64,000 nt of DNA from contig JAZPYB010000011.1 in assembly GCA_045543955.1 (NCBI GenBank), positions 373 through 64,372 of the forward strand, in the 5' to 3' direction. Both the position numbers and the translations under genes were made by a program. Source of the stretch: Eubacteriales bacterium. GTDB lineage: Bacteria; Bacillota; Clostridia; Oscillospirales; CAG-272. Positions within the stretch are counted from its first letter, which is position 1. Each line of letters begins with the position of its first letter. Below, one piece after another: positions 1 to 8,959 of this stretch. A model generated the notes under the pieces. That model made no database searches, was not told where the DNA came from, and worked only from the letters and a program-made list of their open reading frames with translations.

Positions 1-24
1 AAAGGAGGCGATTGCCTCCTTTTT
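1..24 (-). terminator. Stem-loop directly after the MATE gene stop; the minus-strand U-tract runs off the window edge
   Basis: Inverted repeat AGGAGGC-gatt-GCCTCCT at 3-20, flanked by A/T runs. Confidence 0.4.
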
Positions 25-1438
25 ATTCTTGCATTATAGGTTCTTTGGAAACATTTTTTGCTTTTTTCCACTTCTCCATCTTCTTTTTTGCCAGTTTATA
101 TACAATAAATAAGTTAATAAACAATGCGATGTCAGTCAATATCCAAGTAATAGGATGGACAAGGAACAATACCGACATATGAGGGAATGCTTTGAATATT
201 GTAAACACCCATATTATTCTTATTCCACAAGCACCCACAAGCGAGATAATTGATGGCGGCAAGCTTGAACCAAAGCCACGAATAACACCTGGCAAAACGG
301 ACATAACTCCGGCCAAAAAATATATTGGGAATGTAACCATATATCTTTGTCTTGCGAACTCCATAGCAGCTGGGTTGTCGTGTATGAAAATAGACATAAT
401 AAGATCTCCACATAAAAATGTTGCAAGTCCCATCACAACACCAATACCTGCAGTCATTAATAGGCTTGTCCTTATTGTCTTTGTTGCGCGCTTCATATCT
501 CCAGCGCCGTAATTTTGGCTTATAAATGTAGTTGTTGCACTGCTAAACGATGAAAGTGTTACCCACATTAGTCCTTCAATAGTATTAACCGCTGTTCCTG
601 CTGCCATAGCATCCTTACCGAAAGAGTTGACTCCTGATTGCAAGAACACGTTTGACAAGCTAAACGCACTACTCTGAAGCCCTGCTGGAAGCCCTATTGC
701 GATCATTTTTCCAAAAATGCGCCAAGAAAAATCCACATTGCGTAAGCTGAATGAGAATAATCCATTATTCCTCATTAATCTAATTACTATAAGAGCGCAC
801 GAAACTATTTGTGAAATAACTGTGGCAATAGCAACTCCTGCTACACCCATATCAAAAGCAGCTACGAATACAATGTTTAATACAACATTTAATGCTCCTG
901 CTATTACAAGATAAATAAATGGTTTGTTCGTTTGTCCAGCTGTACGGAAAACAGCAGAACAAAAATTAAACAACAAGCTAAACGGTACACCGACCATTAA
1001 AATCCTTAAGTATGTAACTGCTTGGCTTAAAACCCCGTCAGCCTCTGGTGTATCCATCAACATAAGAACAGGCTCGGCTATTAAAAACCCTATTAATGAG
1101 CATATAATTCCAAGGAAAAGAGCAGAAACAACTGCGGTATCGATAGCCTTTTTTACTTTGTCGTACTTCTCTCTTCCAAAATTAAACGAAGTAAGCACAT
1201 CAACACCGACTGCAATACCCATAAAAAGTGCAGTCATTACATTATATATACTACTAGTCGCACCAACAGCAGAAAGAGCAATATCGCCTGCCTCTGTTGT
1301 TTCTGAAAAGTTTCCAACTATTATTAGGTCAGCGGCGTTATATAAGGTCTGTAAAATTCCCTGAAGCATAATAGGAAGGGTAAAAACGATAAGATTTTTT
1401 GCTATGCTTCCCTTTAAAATATCTACCTTTTGAGACAC
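23..1438 (-). CDS. MATE family efflux transporter
   Basis: 471 aa with about 12 hydrophobic helices. MATE-like N-terminus (LPIMLQGILQTLYNAADLIIVG). GTG start 6 nt after GGGAGG. Confidence 0.85.
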   Translation of the reverse strand: MSQKVDILKGSIAKNLIVFTLPIMLQGILQTLYNAADLIIVGNFSETTEAGDIALSAVGATSSIYNVMTALFMGIAVGVDVLTSFNFGREKYDKVKKAIDTAVVSALFLGIICSLIGFLIAEPVLMLMDTPEADGVLSQAVTYLRILMVGVPFSLLFNFCSAVFRTAGQTNKPFIYLVIAGALNVVLNIVFVAAFDMGVAGVAIATVISQIVSCALIVIRLMRNNGLFSFSLRNVDFSWRIFGKMIAIGLPAGLQSSAFSLSNVFLQSGVNSFGKDAMAAGTAVNTIEGLMWVTLSSFSSATTTFISQNYGAGDMKRATKTIRTSLLMTAGIGVVMGLATFLCGDLIMSIFIHDNPAAMEFARQRYMVTFPIYFLAGVMSVLPGVIRGFGSSLPPSIISLVGACGIRIIWVFTIFKAFPHMSVLFLVHPITWILTDIALFINLFIVYKLAKKKMEKWKKAKNVSKEPIMQE

Positions 1439-1479
1439 AATTTGCCTCCCTTTTTAATTATAAATTAAAAGTCACCTAC

Positions 1480-1508
1480 ATTCTAGCACAGAGTTATCAA
1501 ATTAACAA
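1480..1508 (-). promoter_or_regulatory. Sigma-A type promoter for the MATE gene
   Basis: Minus strand reads TTGTTA-17 nt-TAGAAT, with TGc immediately upstream of the -10. Confidence 0.55.
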
Positions 1509-1543
1509 GTCTTAAAATAAAAAATTTAAAATAATTTTTGAAG

Positions 1544-1572
1544 AAAAAGGAACCGAAATTCGGTTCCTTTTT
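1544..1572 (-). terminator. Intrinsic terminator after the P-type ATPase gene (bidirectional shape)
   Basis: GGAACCG-aaatt-CGGTTCC flanked by A5 and T5. Confidence 0.8.
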
Positions 1573-1574
1573 GG

Positions 1575-4223
1575 TTATTTTGTCTTGCTTTTTGTCTTCG
1601 TAATCAAGTTAGCAACTAATTTTACAATCTCAACTATTGGAATTATTGCAAAGCCTATTCCAAGTGCTGCAAAGAACTGTCCTGCATTTAGTGGTACTAA
1701 TGAGAATACCTTTTCAGCAATGATTGGTACTTGCAATACGAGTATTGTCGCTGCCGCAGCTATAATTCCAGCACCCCAAAGAACTAAATTTTGTTTTTTG
1801 ATTGTGAAGATTGAGCCACTAAGTGAACGCATATTGAATGAATGGAATATCTCAGCCATTGATAATGTCAAGAATGCCATTGATGTACCAAGAAGACCAT
1901 TGTTATCGCCAAATGCATATCTACCTAGGAAGTATGAAAGCAATGTAAGTCCTGCAACCGCTATACCTTGATAAATTACACCAAAGCCAAGACCTCTTGC
2001 AAACACACCCTCTTTAGTGTCGCGTGGCTTACGCTTCATTATATCCTTTTCGCCCTCCTCCATACCAAGAGCAATGGCAGGCAAACAGTCTGTAATTAGA
2101 TTGATGAATAATAAGTGTGGTGCTTCAAATAATGTTGCGCCACTGATAATTGATACCAAGAATACTGAGATAACCTCAGACATATTAGAAGCAAGTAAGA
2201 ATTGAATTGCTTTTCTTATGTTGTCATAAATACGTCTTCCCTCGCCTACAGCGGACACGATTGTTGCAAAGTTATCGTCTGTCAAAATCATATCGGCAAC
2301 GCTCTTGGTTACGTCAGTACCGGTAATACCCATACCAACACCTATATCAGCGTTTTTGATAGATGGTGCGTCGTTTACGCCGTCGCCGGTCATAGCAGTA
2401 ACCTTACCTTTTTTACGCCAAGCATTTACTATTCGTGTCTTGTGCTCCGGTTGAACCCTTGCGTAAACTGAATACTTTTCTACTAATGTTTCAAAATCCT
2501 CATCGGAAATCTTATCAAGCTCTGAACCGGTTATTGCCTCGTCAGCACTAGTAATAATACCAAGCTCAAGTGCAATAGCAACGGCTGTATCCTTATGGTC
2601 GCCAGTAATCATAATTGCACGAATACCGGCATCCTTGCACTCGTTGATTGCAGCCTTAACCTCTGGTCTAACCGGGTCAATCATACCAACCAAACCAACA
2701 AATGTTAATTCGTTTTCAAGCGCTTCACTTGTTGCCTCAGTAGGCTCGCTATTAAGATTTTTAAATCCTACAGCAAGCACACGGAGAGCTCTGTCTGCCA
2801 TATTTTTGTTTTGTGAAAGGATTTCGGCGCGTTTTTCTTCGCTTAAAACGATCTCGACACCATTTTCCCACACCTTTGTACAACGCTTTAAAATTTCGTC
2901 TGGTGCGCCCTTTGTAAATTGAATGATTTTACCGTCATTATTATGAACAGTTGTCATCATTTTACGCATTGAATCGAAAGGCACCTCGTTTATGCGCACA
3001 TATTTTAGCTTTTGGTCATTCTTTGATAGGTTTAATTTTTCTGCATAGTTAACAAGTGCACATTCGGTTGGTTCTCCAATTGCAGTTCCAATCTCGGTAT
3101 CAAACTCAGCATCAGAACAAAGCGACATCGCATTTGCTAAAAATGCTTCATCATCGCCAAAATGGTCAACAACTGTCATTTTGTTCTGTGTCAATGTTCC
3201 TGTTTTATCGGAGCAAATTATTTGAGCGCAACCAAGTGTTTCAACAGCTGTTAGCTTTCTTATAATCGCGTTGCGCTTTGACATATTGGTAACACCAATT
3301 GAAAGTACCATTGTAACAACAGTTGCAAGTCCTTCAGGAATTGCTGCAACTGCAAGAGCAACTGCTAGCATAAAGCTTTCAAGAGCTTGGTTCCAGCCAA
3401 ATCCACCGCCAACTGTTCCTCTTATAACATTGATTGCAAACATTGCAATACAAATGCCTATAACTATGAATGTGAGTATTTTGCTCAATTGACCGAGCTT
3501 CTTTTGAAGCGGTGTTTTTCCATCTTGAGCATTTGATAGCGCATCGGCAATTTTACCCATTTCGGTGTCCATGCCGGTGTTAACTGCTACCACCTTTGCT
3601 CTACCATAAACAATAGTTGAGCCCATAAATACCATATTTTTACGGTCGCCAAGTGGCACATCACCATTTGCGTTAGGCTCTAAAACCTCGCTAACCTTAT
3701 TAGATGGCACACTCTCTCCTGTGAGGGCTGCCTCCTCTGCTTTTAAGCTAGCACTTTCTATAATACGACAATCGCAAGGAACTGCATCGCCAGCCTCTAA
3801 AACAATGATATCGCCAGCGACAATGTCTTCACTTTTAATGGTAATTTGATGTCCGTTTCTAATCACCTTAGAGGTAGCAGCTGAAATCTGCTGTAATGCT
3901 TCAAGTGCTTTTTCCGCCTTACCCTCTTGAACAACGCCCAAAATTGCATTGAGTAATACAACTGCAAGAATTATCACTGTGTCGGTTGGAAAATGTGGCA
4001 ATTCGATAGCGGCAGAAATTACCGCTGCAACGAGCAAAATAATAGTCATAGGTTCACTAAGCTGTTTTAAAAAACGAACAAATAGTGTTTCCTTCTTACC
4101 TTCAGCAAGCTTATTTTTGCCATTTTCGGCAAGCCTTTTTTCAGCTTCAGCAGTTGTAAGACCATTTTCATTGGTGTCAAGCTCGTTTAACACCTCGTTT
4201 GAGCTTTTTAAATACTCTTTCAT
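1575..4223 (-). CDS. Cation-translocating P-type ATPase, P2 (SERCA/PMCA-like, Ca2+ or Ca2+/Mn2+) type
   Basis: 882 aa. Motifs: LTGESVP, ICSDKTGTLTQN (phospho-Asp), MITGDH, TGDGVNDAPSIK. About 10 TM helices. Confidence 0.9.
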   Translation of the reverse strand: MKEYLKSSNEVLNELDTNENGLTTAEAEKRLAENGKNKLAEGKKETLFVRFLKQLSEPMTIILLVAAVISAAIELPHFPTDTVIILAVVLLNAILGVVQEGKAEKALEALQQISAATSKVIRNGHQITIKSEDIVAGDIIVLEAGDAVPCDCRIIESASLKAEEAALTGESVPSNKVSEVLEPNANGDVPLGDRKNMVFMGSTIVYGRAKVVAVNTGMDTEMGKIADALSNAQDGKTPLQKKLGQLSKILTFIVIGICIAMFAINVIRGTVGGGFGWNQALESFMLAVALAVAAIPEGLATVVTMVLSIGVTNMSKRNAIIRKLTAVETLGCAQIICSDKTGTLTQNKMTVVDHFGDDEAFLANAMSLCSDAEFDTEIGTAIGEPTECALVNYAEKLNLSKNDQKLKYVRINEVPFDSMRKMMTTVHNNDGKIIQFTKGAPDEILKRCTKVWENGVEIVLSEEKRAEILSQNKNMADRALRVLAVGFKNLNSEPTEATSEALENELTFVGLVGMIDPVRPEVKAAINECKDAGIRAIMITGDHKDTAVAIALELGIITSADEAITGSELDKISDEDFETLVEKYSVYARVQPEHKTRIVNAWRKKGKVTAMTGDGVNDAPSIKNADIGVGMGITGTDVTKSVADMILTDDNFATIVSAVGEGRRIYDNIRKAIQFLLASNMSEVISVFLVSIISGATLFEAPHLLFINLITDCLPAIALGMEEGEKDIMKRKPRDTKEGVFARGLGFGVIYQGIAVAGLTLLSYFLGRYAFGDNNGLLGTSMAFLTLSMAEIFHSFNMRSLSGSIFTIKKQNLVLWGAGIIAAAATILVLQVPIIAEKVFSLVPLNAGQFFAALGIGFAIIPIVEIVKLVANLITKTKSKTK

Positions 4224-4253
4224 CTTATTTCCTTTCGTGTTTATTTATAATTT

Positions 4254-4287
4254 AAAAAAGACTTATCTGCCATGACAGATAAGTCTT
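4254..4287 (-). terminator. Intrinsic terminator/attenuator inside the 5' leader of the P-type ATPase gene
   Basis: Minus strand: AAGACTTATCTG-tcatgg-CAGATAAGTCTT followed by TTTT, about 30 nt before the ATPase ATG. Confidence 0.7.
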
Positions 4288-4368
4288 ATCGTTTAAAATA
4301 AAGCCAGACCAAATGGTCAAGATGTTGACTTTACTACAACACATAGTGTTGTCGATTACTCCCTTATA
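4288..4368 (-). promoter_or_regulatory. Structured 5' leader RNA; a possible cis-regulator, with weak resemblance to yybP-ykoY Mn2+ riboswitch motifs
   Basis: The transcript contains AAGGGAGUAAUCG, the hairpin ACAACAC-uau-GUGUUGU, AGUCAACAUC, and competing small hairpins GUCAA/UUGAC and GACC/GGUC. The 5' segment AUAAGG can pair with the 3' segment CUUUAU. Confidence 0.3.
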
Positions 4369-4373
4369 AGTAA

Positions 4374-4402
4374 ATTTTATCACTATGTTTTTTGTTTGTC
4401 AA
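4374..4402 (-). promoter_or_regulatory. Sigma-A promoter driving the ATPase leader
   Basis: Minus strand reads TTGACA-17 nt-TAAAAT. Confidence 0.65.
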
Positions 4403-4431
4403 GTGGCATTTTCATTATTTACCACTTATTT

Positions 4432-4471
4432 ACAAAATAAACAAATGCCACGGCTTTTTGTCGTGGCATTT
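4432..4471 (-). terminator. Intrinsic terminator after serA
   Basis: AAATGCCACG-9 nt-CGTGGCATTT followed by a T-rich run on the minus strand. Confidence 0.8.
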
Positions 4472-4476
4472 ATATA

Positions 4477-5637
4477 TTAGTATGTTTTTACCTTAATTAC
4501 GCCATCAATAGCCTTAACTGCATCAACAAAATCAGCACTAGGAGCATCGGTAATTTCAACAATTGTGTAAGCCATATCGCCCTTCGAACCATTTGCAAGG
4601 TTTTCAATGTTTACACCCTTAGATGAAAATGCGGCTGTGATTTGTGAAAGCATATTAGGAATATTCTTGTGCATTACTGCCACTCTACCAGCACCTGTGT
4701 GTGGCAAAGAAACATTTGGGAAGTTTACGCTGTTTTTGATGTTACCTGTTTGTAGGTATTCATCAAGCTGCTTTGCAGCCATAACAGCACACTTATCCTC
4801 AGACTCAAGAGTTGAAGCGCCAAGGTGAGGAATGTTTATAATGCCAGCTTCACCAACTGTTGCATCAGTTGGGAAGTCAGTAATATAAACTGAAACCTTC
4901 TTGCTAGCTAATGCGGCCTTGATATCATCAGCATTTACAAGGTCTGCTCTTGCAAGGTTAATAATCTTAACACCATTTTTCATCATTGCAATTGATTTTT
5001 CACAAATCATATTCTTTGTTGTTGGTGTTGCAGGAACGTGAAGTGAAATATAATCACATTTCTTATAGATGTCATCATAGCTTGATGCTTGCTTGATTGA
5101 TGGAGCTAAATTCCAGGCAGCGTTTGCGGTAAGATATGGGTCATAACCGATAACATTCATGCCGAGGGCATTAGCCGCGTTTGCAACCATACCACCAATA
5201 GCACCAAGACCGATTACACCAAGTGTCTTACCAACAAGCTCGCCACCTACGTAAGCACCTTTTCCCTTTTCAACAAGTTTAGCAACGCCCTCTTGTCCTT
5301 TGAGGGTTTTTACCCAGTCAATACCACCAACAACATCACGAGCGGCAAGAATCAACGCACAAATTGCAAGCTCCTTAACTCCGTTTGCGTTAGCACCTGG
5401 GGTATTAAATACTACTACGCCATTCTCTGTGCATTTTTCAACAGGAATATTATTAACACCTGCGCCACAACGAGCAATAGCCTCAAGCTCTGGATTGAAT
5501 TCCATTTCGTGCAAAGCAGCTGAACGAACCATTATAGCATCTGCGTTTTCTACTGCATCGCTAACCTCATATTTATCAGCTGAAAAATTGTCTGTTCCAA
5601 CCTTTGCAATTTTATTCATTAATTTAATCTTTTTCAT
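4477..5637 (-). CDS. serA: D-3-phosphoglycerate dehydrogenase
   Basis: 386 aa. D-2-hydroxyacid dehydrogenase fold with the NAD loop GVIGLGAIGG and a C-terminal ACT-like domain. Sits immediately downstream of serC. Confidence 0.85.
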   Translation of the reverse strand: MKKIKLMNKIAKVGTDNFSADKYEVSDAVENADAIMVRSAALHEMEFNPELEAIARCGAGVNNIPVEKCTENGVVVFNTPGANANGVKELAICALILAARDVVGGIDWVKTLKGQEGVAKLVEKGKGAYVGGELVGKTLGVIGLGAIGGMVANAANALGMNVIGYDPYLTANAAWNLAPSIKQASSYDDIYKKCDYISLHVPATPTTKNMICEKSIAMMKNGVKIINLARADLVNADDIKAALASKKVSVYITDFPTDATVGEAGIINIPHLGASTLESEDKCAVMAAKQLDEYLQTGNIKNSVNFPNVSLPHTGAGRVAVMHKNIPNMLSQITAAFSSKGVNIENLANGSKGDMAYTIVEITDAPSADFVDAVKAIDGVIKVKTY

Positions 5638-5648
5638 TGTACCACCTA

Positions 5649-6740
5649 TTAGTTTGCCTTTGGATTGTTCTTTGCAAACTCCTTCATAAATTCAACAAGC
5701 TTTTCAACACCCTCAATTGGCATTGCGTTATAAATCGAAGCACGCATACCACCAACACTTCTATGTCCTTTAAGGTTCTTTAAGCCTTGTGCATCTGCTT
5801 CCTTTGCAAATTTCTTATCAAGTTCAGCATCGCCTGTTACAAATGTAACATTCATCATTGAACGGCTTTCCTTTTCAACAGGAGCAATATAGTAGTCTTG
5901 TGAATCGAGGTAATCATAAAGAATAGCACATTTCTTTTCGTTGTACTTCTTCATTTCCTCAAGACCACCCATACCGAGAATCCACTCATATACAAGCTTT
6001 GCAATGTAAATGCAGTAGCATGGTGGAGTATTGTACATTGAATCATTTTCTGCCATAACACTGTAGTCAAGCATTGTAGGAATCATTTCCTTAGCCTTAC
6101 CAATAAGGTCTTCTCTTACGATAACAATTGTAAGACCAGCTGGAGCCATATTCTTTTGTGCACCTGCATAGATAAGACCAAACTTAGAAACATCAACTGG
6201 CTCACTGATAATGCAAGATGACATATCAGCAACTAGTGGAATATCTCCTGTATCTGGAATGTATGGGAACTTTGTACCATAAATTGTATTGTTAAAGCAA
6301 ACATGTACATAGTCAGCATCTGGACGGAAGCTGCTTCTATCTGTCTTTGGAATGAATGTAAAGTTAGCATCCTTGCTTGAAGCGGCACATACAACATCAC
6401 CGTACTTTTGTGCCTCTTTGTATGCCTTGCCTGAGAATTGACCAGAAACTATGTAGTCTGCCTTTCCACTCTTATTAAGAAGGTTTAGTGGAACTGCTGA
6501 AAATTGAGTTGAAGCGCCACCTTGTAGGAAAAGCACTTTATAATTGTCAGGAATTTGCATAAGCTCACGAAGCTTAGCCTCTGCATCCTTAATAATTTTG
6601 TCGTAAACTGGGGAACGGTGGCTCATCTCCATAACGGACATACCGCTGTCCTCATAGCACATCATTTCCTTAGCCGCTCTTTCAAGAACAGGCAATGGAA
6701 GCATTGATGGTCCTGCTGAAAAATTGTAAACTCTTTGCAT
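5649..6740 (-). CDS. serC: Phosphoserine aminotransferase
   Basis: N-terminus MQRVYNFSAGPSMLP. ATG at 6740 lies 8 nt after GGAGG, so the ORF-track TTG at 6755 is probably not the start. Confidence 0.9.
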   Translation of the reverse strand: MQRVYNFSAGPSMLPLPVLERAAKEMMCYEDSGMSVMEMSHRSPVYDKIIKDAEAKLRELMQIPDNYKVLFLQGGASTQFSAVPLNLLNKSGKADYIVSGQFSGKAYKEAQKYGDVVCAASSKDANFTFIPKTDRSSFRPDADYVHVCFNNTIYGTKFPYIPDTGDIPLVADMSSCIISEPVDVSKFGLIYAGAQKNMAPAGLTIVIVREDLIGKAKEMIPTMLDYSVMAENDSMYNTPPCYCIYIAKLVYEWILGMGGLEEMKKYNEKKCAILYDYLDSQDYYIAPVEKESRSMMNVTFVTGDAELDKKFAKEADAQGLKNLKGHRSVGGMRASIYNAMPIEGVEKLVEFMKEFAKNNPKAN

Positions 6741-6784
6741 AATTTTTTCCTCCAATGAATTACCTAAAAATTTAAATATACTTT

Positions 6785-6813
6785 ATTCTACTACTACGCT
6801 AAAGCATTTTCAA
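6785..6813 (-). promoter_or_regulatory. Sigma-A promoter for serC-serA
   Basis: Minus strand reads TTGAAA-17 nt-TAGAAT. Confidence 0.55.
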
Positions 6814-6885
6814 GTCTTTTTTGAAAATTTTTCAACTTTTTTATGAATATTTATAAGATATTTTAAAATTGCTGAGTAAATCAAC

Positions 6886-6920
6886 TAAAAACTCCCCGAT
6901 TTGTACAGAATCAGGGATGT
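6886..6920 (-). terminator. Intrinsic terminator ending the secA operon
   Basis: Minus-strand RNA UCCCUGAUU-loop-AAUCGGGGA (one G-U pair) followed by GUUUUU. Confidence 0.7.
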
Positions 6921-6923
6921 TTT

Positions 6924-8315
6924 TTAATTCAATGATATTTTTTCGTAAAGCTTCTTATACACATTATCGTATATCACAAATAATGTAAGTATAAAGCTAA
7001 TCACAAACAACGCAGAAATTATCATATTCATTGGCATAAAAATCGAATATAGTGGTATATTCAACTCTTTTAGTCCAAAAAGATAAATGCTTTCTGTTAT
7101 TTGATTTTCCGGCAAGAAATAAATCATCAACGGATATGTAATGACATTCAAAAAGCCAAAAGCGGTTGTAACTATTGCAAAAATTCTAACCCTTCTATTA
7201 AATGTATTAATGCTATATTCAATATCATCGCTTGTGCCAATAATTAACAAATTCTTTCTTAAAGAATCTCCTGCCATTTTTATAAGTATTGTAAGAATTA
7301 ATGAAACAGAGGCGCAAAACAGTATCATTCCTACTATTGCATGTGGCAAAATTTCAAAATAAAGAGTTTCTGCGCGTGAAATTTTCAAAACAGCCTCAAG
7401 ATTATATTCATTTGAAAATTCCCTTGCGTTTTTCAATTCAAGCAAACGGAAAACCAACTGAACAGCAGTAATTCCTACCAATATATATATGAGCTTAGTG
7501 AATTTTGCGTATCCTTTTTTTAAAAGAATAAAATAAGCAACTATAAATGATATTGGCAAAACGGTATTAATAAAGATGTTTACATTGTCAAGCCTAAACT
7601 CAAATGCAAATATTGCACATATGCCAAGAACAAATAAAAATCTATAATTTGCCTTTATATCATAATGCTGATTTTTATTCATTATTTTTTCATCAAATGC
7701 ATTTTTAATATACTTCTCTTCTTTTTTTCCGAATACCACAGCGAGAAAAACTGTATTAATCATAATCCACAATCCAGAAATAGGAATCGATGCAATTAAA
7801 GAAAAGATAATAAATACGGGTCTAAATCTTGTCATATCAGGACCTGATGAGGTTAGTGTCTCATCGCCAGTCAACACCGCAAAATCAGGCATAGTTGCTA
7901 AAAGCAATCTTAATGCAAAAATAACAATAGCTATTATCTTAAAAGCATCGACTGAACGAAGTGCTCGTTCATTCTCATTTGCCAAAGCTAAATTGGAAAA
8001 ATAGTCAAACAGCTTTAAAAGAAGTGGTATGCCAAATATAAGCTCTACTACAAAGAATGAGAACGAGAACAGTAATGATAGCGAATTATCAAAATACACT
8101 GTTGAAAAATAAACGCTAATAAGCTTACATACTGAAACTATAAGCATTTTTCGTGCGCTCTTATAAGCTGAAAAGGCTTTTATATCAAAGTACGATGGCT
8201 TTGCAAGAGCTATCATTATTAAAAGATAAGCCACAAAATCAGGCAATATATCAATATTAGATACTAATGGGTTTGCAAGAAAAAGGAATGCAATTATAAA
8301 CAAAGCACGTCTCAT
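6924..8315 (-). CDS. Uncharacterised polytopic membrane protein
   Basis: 463 aa with about 12 hydrophobic segments and no catalytic motif recognised. ATGA overlap with the upstream ORF. Confidence 0.7.
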   Translation of the reverse strand: MRRALFIIAFLFLANPLVSNIDILPDFVAYLLIMIALAKPSYFDIKAFSAYKSARKMLIVSVCKLISVYFSTVYFDNSLSLLFSFSFFVVELIFGIPLLLKLFDYFSNLALANENERALRSVDAFKIIAIVIFALRLLLATMPDFAVLTGDETLTSSGPDMTRFRPVFIIFSLIASIPISGLWIMINTVFLAVVFGKKEEKYIKNAFDEKIMNKNQHYDIKANYRFLFVLGICAIFAFEFRLDNVNIFINTVLPISFIVAYFILLKKGYAKFTKLIYILVGITAVQLVFRLLELKNAREFSNEYNLEAVLKISRAETLYFEILPHAIVGMILFCASVSLILTILIKMAGDSLRKNLLIIGTSDDIEYSINTFNRRVRIFAIVTTAFGFLNVITYPLMIYFLPENQITESIYLFGLKELNIPLYSIFMPMNMIISALFVISFILTLFVIYDNVYKKLYEKISLN

Positions 8316-8959
8316 TTCTTTTTACCATTCCCTTTATCAAGTTTGTTTTTTGAAAATACCTTATCAAACATTCTATTAAGTGTGTCGAAAAACGGTATAC
8401 CTGTTCCTTCCTTCTGCATATTCTCGTCGCCCTCATAACAAATACGCGCATATGAGTTAATAACAACGACAATTGTAAGAATGGAAGAAATAATTTGTAA
8501 TATCACATAAACAACCGTTAGTCTTTGCAATGCAAATTCGCTATTAACTGTTTCGCAAAGTATATAAAAAACAGAACTAACAATTACGGTACTTACATTT
8601 AGCATCGACATAAACATTATTTTAGGTAGCTCTACACTCCTTGCAAGGAAAAAAATACCAAGCATTAAAAAAATAGTAAGCAAGGTCAACGAAGCATCTG
8701 CAATATATGCAAAAACCACCGCAACTATATTGCCACCATTTCCTGAAAAAATCTGTATTCCCAAGGAAATAATGCTAGATATTTCAAGCGCTCCAGTAAA
8801 GCACAAAGCTAATATGAAAAATTTGTTTTCATATATAAGCTTACGCAAAGAAAGCAAAATAATGCCTGCGCCTAAAATGTTAGTAAATGCAGAAATCTGA
8901 GCTATAAATGCACCGAAATATGTGATAACACAACCGATAAGAAGTAGCCCAAAGCCCAT
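8312..8959 (-). CDS. Uncharacterised polytopic membrane protein
   Basis: 216 aa counted from the ATG that overlaps the secA stop (TAATG), with GGAGAGGA upstream. About 6 TM helices and a Lys-rich tail. The ORF-track start at 8995 lies inside secA. Confidence 0.65.
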   Translation of the reverse strand: MGFGLLLIGCVITYFGAFIAQISAFTNILGAGIILLSLRKLIYENKFFILALCFTGALEISSIISLGIQIFSGNGGNIVAVVFAYIADASLTLLTIFLMLGIFFLARSVELPKIMFMSMLNVSTVIVSSVFYILCETVNSEFALQRLTVVYVILQIISSILTIVVVINSYARICYEGDENMQKEGTGIPFFDTLNRMFDKVFSKNKLDKGNGKKK

